Source of the DNA: Lysinibacter cavernae
GTDB lineage: Bacteria > Actinomycetota > Actinomycetes > Actinomycetales > Microbacteriaceae
Assembly: GCF_011758565.1 (NCBI RefSeq)
Contig: NZ_JAAMOX010000001.1
Span: 821,838 to 845,837 of the forward strand
Direction of reading: 5' to 3'
DNA length: 24,000 nt
Below, in pieces: positions 7,701 through 15,162 of the stretch (within the stretch, counting starts at the first letter, position 1; every line of letters starts with the position of its first letter). The notes under the pieces are model-generated. The model searched no databases, was not told where the DNA came from, and saw nothing but the letters and a program-made list of their open reading frames with translations. The translations under genes and the position numbers were made by a program.

Positions 7701-8456
7701 ATGACGACCGAAACCGTTACCCCACGAACCTCGCCGAGCTTCGGCTCCAAACTCGCCGCAGAAACCACAGGCACCTTCCTCCTCGTCTTCGGACTCATCG
7801 GAACCGCCACCTTCGCCGCAACCCTCGACGGCGGAGCAGCCAGCGTCGGCACCCTCGGCGCCTGCCTCGCACTCGGCTTCGCCGTCATCATCGGCGCCTA
7901 CGCCTTCGGCCCCATCTCCGGCGGCCACTTCAACCCAGCCGTCACCCTCGGCCTCGCCGCCGCAGGACGCCTCCCCTGGAAAAACACACTCCCCTACATC
8001 ATCGCCCAACTCATCGGCGGCATCATCGCCACAACCCTCATCTACCTCCTCGCCCTCGGCGGACCAGACGGCTTCGCCAAAACAGCAACCGACTCAGGCT
8101 TCATCTCCAACGGATTCGGCGACCAATCACCAGGCGGCTTCGGACTCACCTCAGCCATCATCATCGAAACCATCTTCACCGCCATCTTCATCTACGTCAT
8201 CCTCGGCGTCACCCACACCCGCGCCGCAGCAGGATTCGCCCCCATCGCCATCGGCCTCACACTCACCCTCATGCTCATGATCCTCATCCCCATCGACAAC
8301 GGATCAGTCAACCCAGCCCGCTCCATCGCAACCGCCATCTACGGCGGACCAGACTGGCTCGCCCAAGTCTGGGTCTTCATCATCTTCCCCATCCTCGGCG
8401 CCCTCATCGCAGGCTTCAGCTCACGACTCATCTTCGACCGCGTGACGTCACGCTAA
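7701..8456 (+). CDS. aqpZ: MIP-family channel, AqpZ-like aquaporin
   Basis: Two NPA boxes are present: SGGHFNPAVTLG and DNGSVNPARSIATAIYGG. The second matches the AqpZ-type SVNPARS context. Six TM segments are visible and the protein is 251 aa. An alternative in-frame ATG at 7689 has a poor ribosome-binding-site context. The long in-frame upstream extension back to 7122 overlaps the RCC1 gene and is rejected. Confidence 0.9.
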   Translation: MTTETVTPRTSPSFGSKLAAETTGTFLLVFGLIGTATFAATLDGGAASVGTLGACLALGFAVIIGAYAFGPISGGHFNPAVTLGLAAAGRLPWKNTLPYIIAQLIGGIIATTLIYLLALGGPDGFAKTATDSGFISNGFGDQSPGGFGLTSAIIIETIFTAIFIYVILGVTHTRAAAGFAPIAIGLTLTLMLMILIPIDNGSVNPARSIATAIYGGPDWLAQVWVFIIFPILGALIAGFSSRLIFDRVTSR

Positions 8457-8523
8457 GCAACGTCCGCGTGCTGGCGGTGCGCTCACGCTAGCCTTGGCGA
8501 GTATCCAACCCGTCAGGAGTATC

Positions 8524-9249
8524 GTGAGCGCCACTGCCAAGCCACCCGTTCCAGCATCCGCACGCCCCGTAGCCGTCGTCACGGGGGCGACGGGAGGGAT
8601 GGGCTCGCAAATCGTCGCCGATCTCGCGAGGGATCACATCGTCATTGCGCTTGGCCGAAATCCGAGCGCGTTGTCAGAACTCGGCGCCCTCGACGGTGTG
8701 ACCGCGGTGAACGTCGACGTCACGACGTATGCCGCTGCGGCCAGCGCGGTTCTTGCAGCGACCGACCGGGTTGACGTGCTCATCCATGCCGCCGCGACCT
8801 CAGGAAGGTTCAGCGTAGAAGAAGCGGATGCCGACGAATGGAACCGTCAGCTCTCACTCAATGTGATCGCGCCCGCACTGCTAACCCGTGCGTTGCTCCC
8901 CTTGCTGCGCTCGGCAAGGGGCACGGTTGTGTTCATCAACTCTGGTGCAGGAACCAACGCCGCAGCAGGGCACGCCGTCTATGGCGCAACCAAGCACGCG
9001 CTCAGGGCCGTGGCGAATTCGCTGCGACTCGAAGAAGGTGAGCACGGGGTACGGGTCTCGACGGTGAGCCCAGGCCCCACTGACACCGAGATGCTGCGGG
9101 CAGACTTCGCCAAACAGGGCGCTGAGTACGAACCGTGGCGCTATATCCGCCCAGAATCGGTGGCGAAGGCCGTTCGCCTCGTTGTGGATGCCACTGACGA
9201 CACGCAGATCACCGAGGTTGCGGTTCGTCCTCGGGCGGAACTGGTCTAA
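8524..9249 (+). CDS. Short-chain dehydrogenase/reductase (SDR) family oxidoreductase
   Basis: Rossmann motif VAVVTGATGGMGSQIV, NSGAG, and catalytic YGATKHAL (YxxxK). I prefer GTG 8524 as the start because AGGAG (8515-8519) lies 4 nt upstream. The track ORF begins at TTG 8494. Confidence 0.85.
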   Translation: MSATAKPPVPASARPVAVVTGATGGMGSQIVADLARDHIVIALGRNPSALSELGALDGVTAVNVDVTTYAAAASAVLAATDRVDVLIHAAATSGRFSVEEADADEWNRQLSLNVIAPALLTRALLPLLRSARGTVVFINSGAGTNAAAGHAVYGATKHALRAVANSLRLEEGEHGVRVSTVSPGPTDTEMLRADFAKQGAEYEPWRYIRPESVAKAVRLVVDATDDTQITEVAVRPRAELV

Positions 9250-9358
9250 CGGCCGCAGCCGGCCTCGCGCGATCCTCGGGTAAGGGGCAGAGAATTGTCA
9301 CACATCCACCCATAACCACGCCGTTGAGTGGATCGGTGACCAATCTCACGCGACGAGG

Positions 9359-10597
9359 TTAGGCCCTAGCCGCAAGAACCGCGTCAAGTACGGCTTCAGC
9401 GACGTCGCGCTTCGAGCCAGTGGCCTCGTCCGCGATATCACCGGCGGCGTTAACAACAACAACGGTGTTACTGTCGGTGCCAAAGCCCTCGCTCCAGCCG
9501 ACACGGTTAAGCACCAGAAGGTCTGCCCCCTTGCGTTTTGCCTTGGCCCGACCAAGCTCGAGCAGGTTCGCTCGGTCAGTCGCCGTTTCTGCGGCAAACC
9601 CAACAACCGTCTGACCCGGTCGTTTGGTTGAGGCGAGGCCTGCAAGGATGTCTGGGTTCTTGACCAGCTGAAGCGTCAGTTCGTCGCCGGCATCCTCTTT
9701 CTTGATCTTGAGCTCGGCAATATCCGCGGGACGGTAGTCGGCAACCGCCGCCGCCATGACGATGACGTCGGCGGTGTCGGCACGCGACCGCATGACGTCG
9801 TTCAGCTCTGCAGCGGTTCCGACCGGAACAACCTCCGTGTTTGGCAACCGGCCTGCCATCGTCTCGACCGTCTGGTCAACGTGCGCGGCGACAAAGGTGA
9901 TCCGCGCACCACGCGCAGCCGCAACCTGGGCAAGAGCCAAGCCCTGTTTGCCGCTTGATCGGTTGCCGAGAAAACGAACCGGGTCGAGGGGCTCGCGCGT
10001 GCCACCGGCCGAGATCAGCAGATGGAGGCCCGCGAACTGTTCGCTGTTGTTGGCGTTGCGGCCGGCAACGATGGCGAGGGCGCCCTCGACGATATCGCCA
10101 GGTTCGCTCATCCGGCCGGCGCCAACGTCGGTGCCAGTGAGTTGCCCAACAGCTGGGCCGATGAGATGGATACCGCGCCCACGCAGCGTCGAAACGTTGG
10201 CGACGGTTGCCGCGTTCTCCCACATTTCGGTGTGCATCGCTGGGGCGAGCACGATCGGCGCGTGCGACGCAAGAATCGTGGTGCCAAGTAGGTCGTCGGC
10301 GATACCCGCCGCGAGCTTCGCGATGGTGTTTGCCGTTGCGGGCGCAACAATGATGAGGTCGGCCTGCTGCCCAAGGGCAACGTGACGGACCTCGGCAACA
10401 TCGTCAAAAATCGACGTGCTGATGGGGTTCCGGCTCATCGCTTCAAGCGTTGGAGCCCCAACAAAACGAAGCGCGCTTTCGGTGGGAATGACGTGCACAT
10501 CGTGCCCTGCCTTCACGAGGCCGCGCACGACGCCGACCGCCTTATACGCGGCAATGCCCCCGGTGATCCCAACGACGATCTTGAGCGATTTCGGCAT
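9359..10597 (-). CDS. coaBC: Bifunctional phosphopantothenoylcysteine decarboxylase / phosphopantothenate-cysteine ligase
   Basis: The flavoprotein N-domain has IVVGITGGIAAYKAVGVVRGLVKAGHDVHVIPTESALRFVG and PAMHTEMW. The CoaB domain has LISAGGTREPLDPVRFLGNRSSGKQG and AAVADYRP. I prefer ATG 10597 because GGAAAGG lies 8 nt upstream. The track ORF starts at GTG 10615. Confidence 0.9.
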   Translation of the reverse strand: MPKSLKIVVGITGGIAAYKAVGVVRGLVKAGHDVHVIPTESALRFVGAPTLEAMSRNPISTSIFDDVAEVRHVALGQQADLIIVAPATANTIAKLAAGIADDLLGTTILASHAPIVLAPAMHTEMWENAATVANVSTLRGRGIHLIGPAVGQLTGTDVGAGRMSEPGDIVEGALAIVAGRNANNSEQFAGLHLLISAGGTREPLDPVRFLGNRSSGKQGLALAQVAAARGARITFVAAHVDQTVETMAGRLPNTEVVPVGTAAELNDVMRSRADTADVIVMAAAVADYRPADIAELKIKKEDAGDELTLQLVKNPDILAGLASTKRPGQTVVGFAAETATDRANLLELGRAKAKRKGADLLVLNRVGWSEGFGTDSNTVVVVNAAGDIADEATGSKRDVAEAVLDAVLAARA

Positions 10598-10738
10598 TCG
10601 AGTGACCTTTCCCACCGCTTGCAGCAGCTAATGCGTTTCTGTACACGTCCACGATGCCATACTTGGACTGTTCGCGATGCACACCGGCATCGCTCGAACC
10701 GTTTTCTGCCGCACTTTCCCCCTCACAAGGAGCTTCCC

Positions 10739-11485
10739 GTGTGCACCGTCGTTGTCAGTATCGATCCTGATGCCGAGTGGCCGGTTGTGCTGCTCGGCCT
10801 CCGCGATGAGTCCCCCAGCCGGCCATGGGATCCGCCGGGGGCATGGTGGCCTGACCTTGGGACGCATGTGCGCGGCATCCACGATCAGGAGGCTGGAGGG
10901 GCCTGGCTCGCGGTTCGCGACGATGAGCAGCGCCTTGCTGTTGTACTCAATCGGGCAGAACAGCCAGCTGAGCCGGCGGGCGGTTTTGTGTCGCGTGGCA
11001 CCATCCCCCTTGCCGCAGTGACGAACGGCCTCACCTATGAAGGCACGTTCCCGACCCGCACGTTCAACCTCCTCAACGTCTCGGGAGCCACGGCCGAATA
11101 CGCCTGGTGGAACGGCACAGACGCTGGCACGGTGCCGCTTCCGCCTGGCGTCCACATGATTACGCACGAAGGGCCAAACAACCGCTCCGTTCCGCGCGTG
11201 GCCCGCTGGCTCGATGCGTTCACGTCTGCCGAACGCCCGACGGGTTCCATCGCTGACGGGATAACCGGCGCGAGCTGGAACGACTGGCTGTCGGTCCTCC
11301 GTGACAGCGCGGCGCTGCCGAGCAACCACGAGGATGCGCTGCTTCGCGCCGAGAGCGTGCACGGGCATCCGCTCGCCTCGCTTTCTGTCACCGCCGCAGC
11401 CATTGGCCACACGACCGTCGCCCTGAGCCACGCACGGCTGAGTTCGCCCGGCCATTTGGACGCCACACTCGACTGGCGCTCCTAG
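10739..11485 (+). CDS. NRDE family protein (TANGO2/DUF833-like)
   Basis: From GTG 10739 the protein begins (M)CTVVVSIDPDAEWPVVLLGLRDE. The MCT start and the (N)RDE box are the family hallmarks. AAGGAG (10727-10732) lies 6 nt upstream. The 119-codon upstream extension in the track ORF overlaps coaBC and is rejected. Confidence 0.75.
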   Translation: MCTVVVSIDPDAEWPVVLLGLRDESPSRPWDPPGAWWPDLGTHVRGIHDQEAGGAWLAVRDDEQRLAVVLNRAEQPAEPAGGFVSRGTIPLAAVTNGLTYEGTFPTRTFNLLNVSGATAEYAWWNGTDAGTVPLPPGVHMITHEGPNNRSVPRVARWLDAFTSAERPTGSIADGITGASWNDWLSVLRDSAALPSNHEDALLRAESVHGHPLASLSVTAAAIGHTTVALSHARLSSPGHLDATLDWRS

Positions 11486-11575
11486 TCGGGCGGTCTCCGA
11501 TCACATGAGGCCGGATGTCTACGGCCGTCGTTCCCCCTCCGCAGGTCCTCAGCTAGCGCTCGACAGCCGCCAACC

Positions 11576-12430
11576 CTAGGGCCGCGACCCAATAGCCAGC
11601 ATCGCAACACCAACGGCCGCAAGTACGCCGCTCGCACAACGCGTGACGGTCAGGCGTTCCCCAAGGAACACGACCGCGGCGGCACTCGCCAGAACAATGC
11701 TGCTGCTCCGTATGGCGGCGACCACGGCAACCGGCGTTGTGCCGAGGGCGACTAGGGCAAACAGGTAAGACGCAGGCACCAAAACGGCGAGCGACACGGT
11801 AATCACTGGGTGCGCACGAGCCGAGCGAAGGCCCTCTCGCATGCGGCGCCGCACAAGAACGCTGAGTACCGCGGTTTGCAGGGCGCCGAGCACCACGTAG
11901 TAGGCAAGAGGGTCAACGCCGAGCGTGACAACGACCCAGGCATCCCAGAGGGTGTAGGCGGCAATCGCGCCCCCGAGGGCGAGGGTCACTGCGACCTGCC
12001 TCGCCAACACCTCCGCGGCGCGAAGCCCACCGCCAACGAGCCCAACCGCGGCCAAGGATACACAAGCGATGCCGGCCCATCCTGTCAGGCTGAGCGGTTG
12101 CTGCCAGAGCGCAAGCCCGGCAAATGCAACAAGGACGGGGGCGATGCCGCGGGAGACCGGATACACAAACGCGGCGTCGGCGACCGAGTATCCGCGCTGC
12201 AGCAGAACCGAGTATGCGGTGTGTAGGAGCGCGCCAACCGCCCCGGCCAAGAGCCAGTCCCAGTGTGGTTCGGCGTCATGCAGCGCGAGCACGGTCACAG
12301 CGATGGGTAACAGCGCGCCAATGGCGATCAGGTTGCTGACCCAGAGCAGTGGAAGGCCGGCACCGGCTCCGCGTTTGGCCACGGTATTCCAGGCGGCGTG
12401 CGAAATGGCTGACATCAGGGCAAAAATCAT
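11576..12430 (-). CDS. DMT superfamily (EamA-like) transporter
   Basis: From ATG 12430 the protein begins MIFALMSAISHAAWNTVAKRG. It is about 284 aa and almost entirely hydrophobic, with about 10 TM helices, consistent with the EamA duplicated-domain layout. ACGGAG lies 6 nt upstream. It is divergent from a TetR gene. Confidence 0.8.
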   Translation of the reverse strand: MIFALMSAISHAAWNTVAKRGAGAGLPLLWVSNLIAIGALLPIAVTVLALHDAEPHWDWLLAGAVGALLHTAYSVLLQRGYSVADAAFVYPVSRGIAPVLVAFAGLALWQQPLSLTGWAGIACVSLAAVGLVGGGLRAAEVLARQVAVTLALGGAIAAYTLWDAWVVVTLGVDPLAYYVVLGALQTAVLSVLVRRRMREGLRSARAHPVITVSLAVLVPASYLFALVALGTTPVAVVAAIRSSSIVLASAAAVVFLGERLTVTRCASGVLAAVGVAMLAIGSRP

Positions 12431-12457
12431 TGTTGACTCCGTAGGACATTCACTCGA

Positions 12458-12470
12458 TAGACAGTGTCTA
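12458..12470. promoter_or_regulatory. Palindromic candidate TetR operator in the DMT / TetR divergent intergenic region
   Basis: TAGACA-G-TGTCTA has perfect 6-bp arms at 12458-12470. A related half-site, TAGACTGTA, is at 12478-12486. The site lies between divergent starts 12430 (-) and 12491 (+). Confidence 0.5.
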
Positions 12471-12477
12471 CTCTCGG

Positions 12478-12483
12478 TAGACT
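12478..12483 (+). promoter_or_regulatory. -10 box (TAGACT, TANNNT class) placed for a leaderless TetR transcript
   Basis: TCGGTAGACT is followed by 7 nt and then ATG 12491, with no Shine-Dalgarno sequence in between. The same GTAGACT box is seen at 15616-15621 (-) and 21567-21572 (+). Confidence 0.45.
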
Positions 12484-12490
12484 GTATGCC

Positions 12491-13102
12491 ATGGCCCATT
12501 CCCCAAACGGCACGAGCGCACACCAACGCGGCACCGCAGCCGAAACCCGCTCGCGCCTCATCGCAGAAGCCATTGCACTCTTCGAAGAAGCAGGCCTCGC
12601 AGGCTTCACCGGCAGAGAGGTCGCCAAACGCGCAGGGGTATCCCACGGCGCGCCCCGCCGCTACTTCCCTAGTAACGCGGCGCTGCTCTCAACCGTTGCC
12701 GCAAACGGCTTCGCTAGGCTCAACGAGCGAGTGGATGCCGTCGCCAGCATCGAGCGACCAGCCGCAGAGGCCCTCCAAGCGGTCGCGAGCGCTTACATCG
12801 ATTTTGCCCGCGAACAGCCAAACCTGTTTGACCTCATGTTTCGACACGATTTACTCGAACACTCAGGTGAGTCCCTGCGCGAGAACAGCCTTCCGCTACT
12901 TGGTCGCCTCCACACGTTTGCCAACGAGGCATACCCCAACGCGCATCCGGCAGCGGCAGTTGACCTGTGGCTCAACCTCCACGGCATCGCCGTACTGCAC
13001 AGCCGAAACTCACTCGAACTCGTTGGCATCGACGCAGCGGCAGCGGTCAGCCGCGCCATTCGCGCGCAGCTCGCCGAAGATTCCAGGCCTGCCGAGGACT
13101 GA
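12491..13102 (+). CDS. TetR/AcrR family transcriptional regulator
   Basis: N-terminal HTH: TRSRLIAEAIALFEEAGLAGFTGREVAKRAGVSHGAPRRYFPSNAALL. The C-terminal part is helical. The start is uncertain. I favour ATG 12491 because of the -10 box 7 nt upstream, and because GTG 12464 sits in the centre of the operator palindrome. Confidence 0.85.
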   Translation: MAHSPNGTSAHQRGTAAETRSRLIAEAIALFEEAGLAGFTGREVAKRAGVSHGAPRRYFPSNAALLSTVAANGFARLNERVDAVASIERPAAEALQAVASAYIDFAREQPNLFDLMFRHDLLEHSGESLRENSLPLLGRLHTFANEAYPNAHPAAAVDLWLNLHGIAVLHSRNSLELVGIDAAAAVSRAIRAQLAEDSRPAED

Positions 13103-13156
13103 CTTGAGAGCGGCCGTCGAGGAGAAGCCCAACAGGCAGGTCAAGGCCGCTTCGCG

Positions 13157-14851
13157 CTACCCAGCGATTGAGGCGTCGGTAATTGTTCCGTCAGGCTCGA
13201 CGGAGAGCAGGATCACGTGGCCGCCAAACATATTGCCGTCGTCGTAGTACGGATTTACTGAGCCGTCCTCGTCGATACTGAGCTCGCTAAGTCCGATCCG
13301 CTCGGCGAACGCTTCGACGGTAATCGGTGCCGATGCCAACGATTCCTCGTCGTCCTGTCGCCAGTCTTCGGCACCGTCGGCCAGTTCCGCAGCAGCAAAT
13401 GCGCGCCAGCGGGAATCAACATTCGGCATTGCTGCAACAAGCCCGACCAAGCTGGAGAGGGCCACCGCACAGGTCTCAGCTCCCTCGATGGACCCGTCAT
13501 CGACCGAGAGCGACACCGATACGTCCCGCCCGCACCACTGAATGTGACCGGAAAACCATCCGAAGTTTCGATCAAGCTCGAACTCGCCCATATCTGTCGC
13601 GATACGGACAGGCTGCGTCCAGCGCGCCAACCGCTCGTCGAGGTCCCGAACATGAACGTCTCGTTCAATCACTTGGTCGAGCGCAAATTGGTGCACCGCG
13701 TTTGGCTCGGCTGCCCCTCGCCGTAGCTGTTCCGTTTGGCCGGGGACGAAGCGACGAGCTCGCACCACATATTGACTGAACGGTTTGAGATCGTAGGTGC
13801 TTGACGTCCGCTGCCCATCTGTGGAGAGCCACGAGAGCCGCCCCTTCTCGCTGACCGAGCCGTCTTCGTCGACATAGGCGAGGAGATTCGTAGACGAGGC
13901 CCAGAGGCTACCCCCGCGTATGTGAGCCGCTCCACCAACAATTCCGCTCGTGAGTACTACGATCTCACTGCTCTCTGACGCATACTTCGCGTCAAACGCC
14001 GCGCGCTCCTGTTGCTCGGTTCCCCCGGCAACATCAGCAGCAGGGCGACGCTCAACCATCGGCGCTTTGGCGCGGAGGAAGACGGGCGCGGGAACGGTGT
14101 TGGCGTGCGTGCTGACGGCGACTAAGACCTCATCTCGAACCGCAGGCGCACCGGTATCGGACCGAAGCATCCCGACCATTGGGATGACGATCATCCGGTG
14201 GCTTGGATGCCTGGCAAGAATAAAGTCGCCGCGTGCAGCTGTCTCGGTGATCTCGGCAAGTGGGATCTTAATCGTCTGCCCGTTGGATGATGCGATGACG
14301 TGTGCATCAGTGATCCACCAGCGCGGGGCTGGCTGGGTCAGGTAGTCCTTCTCGCCCTGCCGCGATTTAACCAACAGGGTACCCCAGACAAGCGCCAGTA
14401 CCCCAAGGAAAAACAGCGCGACAACGATGCCAAGCACCGACACAACACCCAACAGCAGCGGGACCACAAGCAAGACAAGGGAAACTATCCCAATCGCAAC
14501 GGAAACCCCCACGAACACCCGGTAGTTGCGTGAGTGCATCGAGACGTTGATGAGTGACGACCACGCCGGCTTCGTCTGGTTTCTATACAGCGACCCCGCG
14601 CGATGCAGCTCCTGCGCAACCCGTATGACGTGGCCAGCTTCAAGGTCGTCAATGCTCTGCAGCGCGGGCACGTATGTCATCGTGGCCTCGCCCTCCTCGA
14701 ACAGGATGCCGTACTCTGCTTGTCCCGTCTGGACGCCGTCGTCAAAACTTACATCATCGTCAGAGCGATCCGCGTCACTGGGATTCAGTTCACCGCGTCC
14801 AACCCAGTAGCCATGCTGCCACGCGCGGGAGTGAAATTTGAGGTTGGGCAT
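13157..14851 (-). CDS. Hypothetical membrane protein: acidic N-domain, TM hairpin, YcxB/bPH-like segment, and a C-terminal domain resembling DUF2262
   Basis: 564-aa ORF with consistent coding character. A hydrophobic block (VFVGVSVAIGIVSLVLLVVPLLLGVVSVLGIVVALFFLGVLALVWGTLLV, nt 14357-14530) is followed by WWITDAHVIASSNGQTIKIPLAEITE..FILARHP, which resembles the PH-like fold found after the TM pair in YcxB-type proteins. The C-terminus (FELDRNFGWFSGHIQW...YYDDGNMFGGHVILLSVEPDG) matches my recollection of DUF2262. The domain names are low-confidence recollections. Confidence 0.65.
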   Translation of the reverse strand: MPNLKFHSRAWQHGYWVGRGELNPSDADRSDDDVSFDDGVQTGQAEYGILFEEGEATMTYVPALQSIDDLEAGHVIRVAQELHRAGSLYRNQTKPAWSSLINVSMHSRNYRVFVGVSVAIGIVSLVLLVVPLLLGVVSVLGIVVALFFLGVLALVWGTLLVKSRQGEKDYLTQPAPRWWITDAHVIASSNGQTIKIPLAEITETAARGDFILARHPSHRMIVIPMVGMLRSDTGAPAVRDEVLVAVSTHANTVPAPVFLRAKAPMVERRPAADVAGGTEQQERAAFDAKYASESSEIVVLTSGIVGGAAHIRGGSLWASSTNLLAYVDEDGSVSEKGRLSWLSTDGQRTSSTYDLKPFSQYVVRARRFVPGQTEQLRRGAAEPNAVHQFALDQVIERDVHVRDLDERLARWTQPVRIATDMGEFELDRNFGWFSGHIQWCGRDVSVSLSVDDGSIEGAETCAVALSSLVGLVAAMPNVDSRWRAFAAAELADGAEDWRQDDEESLASAPITVEAFAERIGLSELSIDEDGSVNPYYDDGNMFGGHVILLSVEPDGTITDASIAG

Positions 14852-15162
14852 GGGTCAACCGTCCCTGTTTGACGTCGGCGAGACGAGTTTGAAAGCCGTA
14901 ACGAACCCGCTGGCGCGTTTGGCTGCGGCAGCCACAAAGGTGGTGCAGTCCGCTGCAGGCGCCTCGCGGAGGCGCGTCTCGGCTCGAAGACGCGGTTCCA
15001 CTCGGCTACCGATACCGGCACGGTCGGTCGCGTCCCATTCGCACACATTCACACCATTAACGCTAACCGATTACCCTGAACCTTCGCCGCAGTGACCGGC
15101 CAGGTTCGGCCGCTCCGATACCGCATCACTGTCTCGCGTACGCCAGTGTGTTCGGCCCCGGC

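Noticed and set aside
9250-9358. Possible RNA gene or terminator in the convergent SDR / coaBC gap
   Set aside because: There are only weak short GC palindromes, such as GGCCGCAGCCGGCC. I could find no tRNA-like cloverleaf or extended stem, so nothing here can be supported.
10628-11455. 275-aa minus-strand ORF opposite the NRDE gene, and the 10382-10738 extension of the NRDE ORF
   Set aside because: The plus-strand frame has the family-defining (M)CTVV start with an AAGGAG ribosome-binding site. The extension overlaps coaBC, and the antisense ORF has no motifs.
12431-12646. 72-codon N-terminal extension of the DMT transporter ORF, giving the 356-aa version
   Set aside because: The extension runs through the operator and promoter and into the TetR coding region. 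The hydrophobic EamA-like sequence starts at MIFALMS (ATG 12430), which has an ACGGAG ribosome-binding site.
12069-13247. 392-aa plus-strand ORF spanning the DMT gene, the intergenic region and the TetR gene
   Set aside because: It crosses a clearly divergent promoter region and is out of frame with both well-supported genes. The translation is Ser/Pro/Ala/Arg-rich low-complexity sequence.
14855-15052. 65-aa minus-strand ORF ending 3 nt before the 564-aa gene start, and overlapping ORFs at 14785-15048 and 14838-15095
   Set aside because: There is no ribosome-binding site or recognisable motif. The composition is Arg/Ala-rich, and three mutually overlapping frames are open, which is typical of non-coding high-GC DNA. 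The region is kept only as an unexplained gap in a finding.
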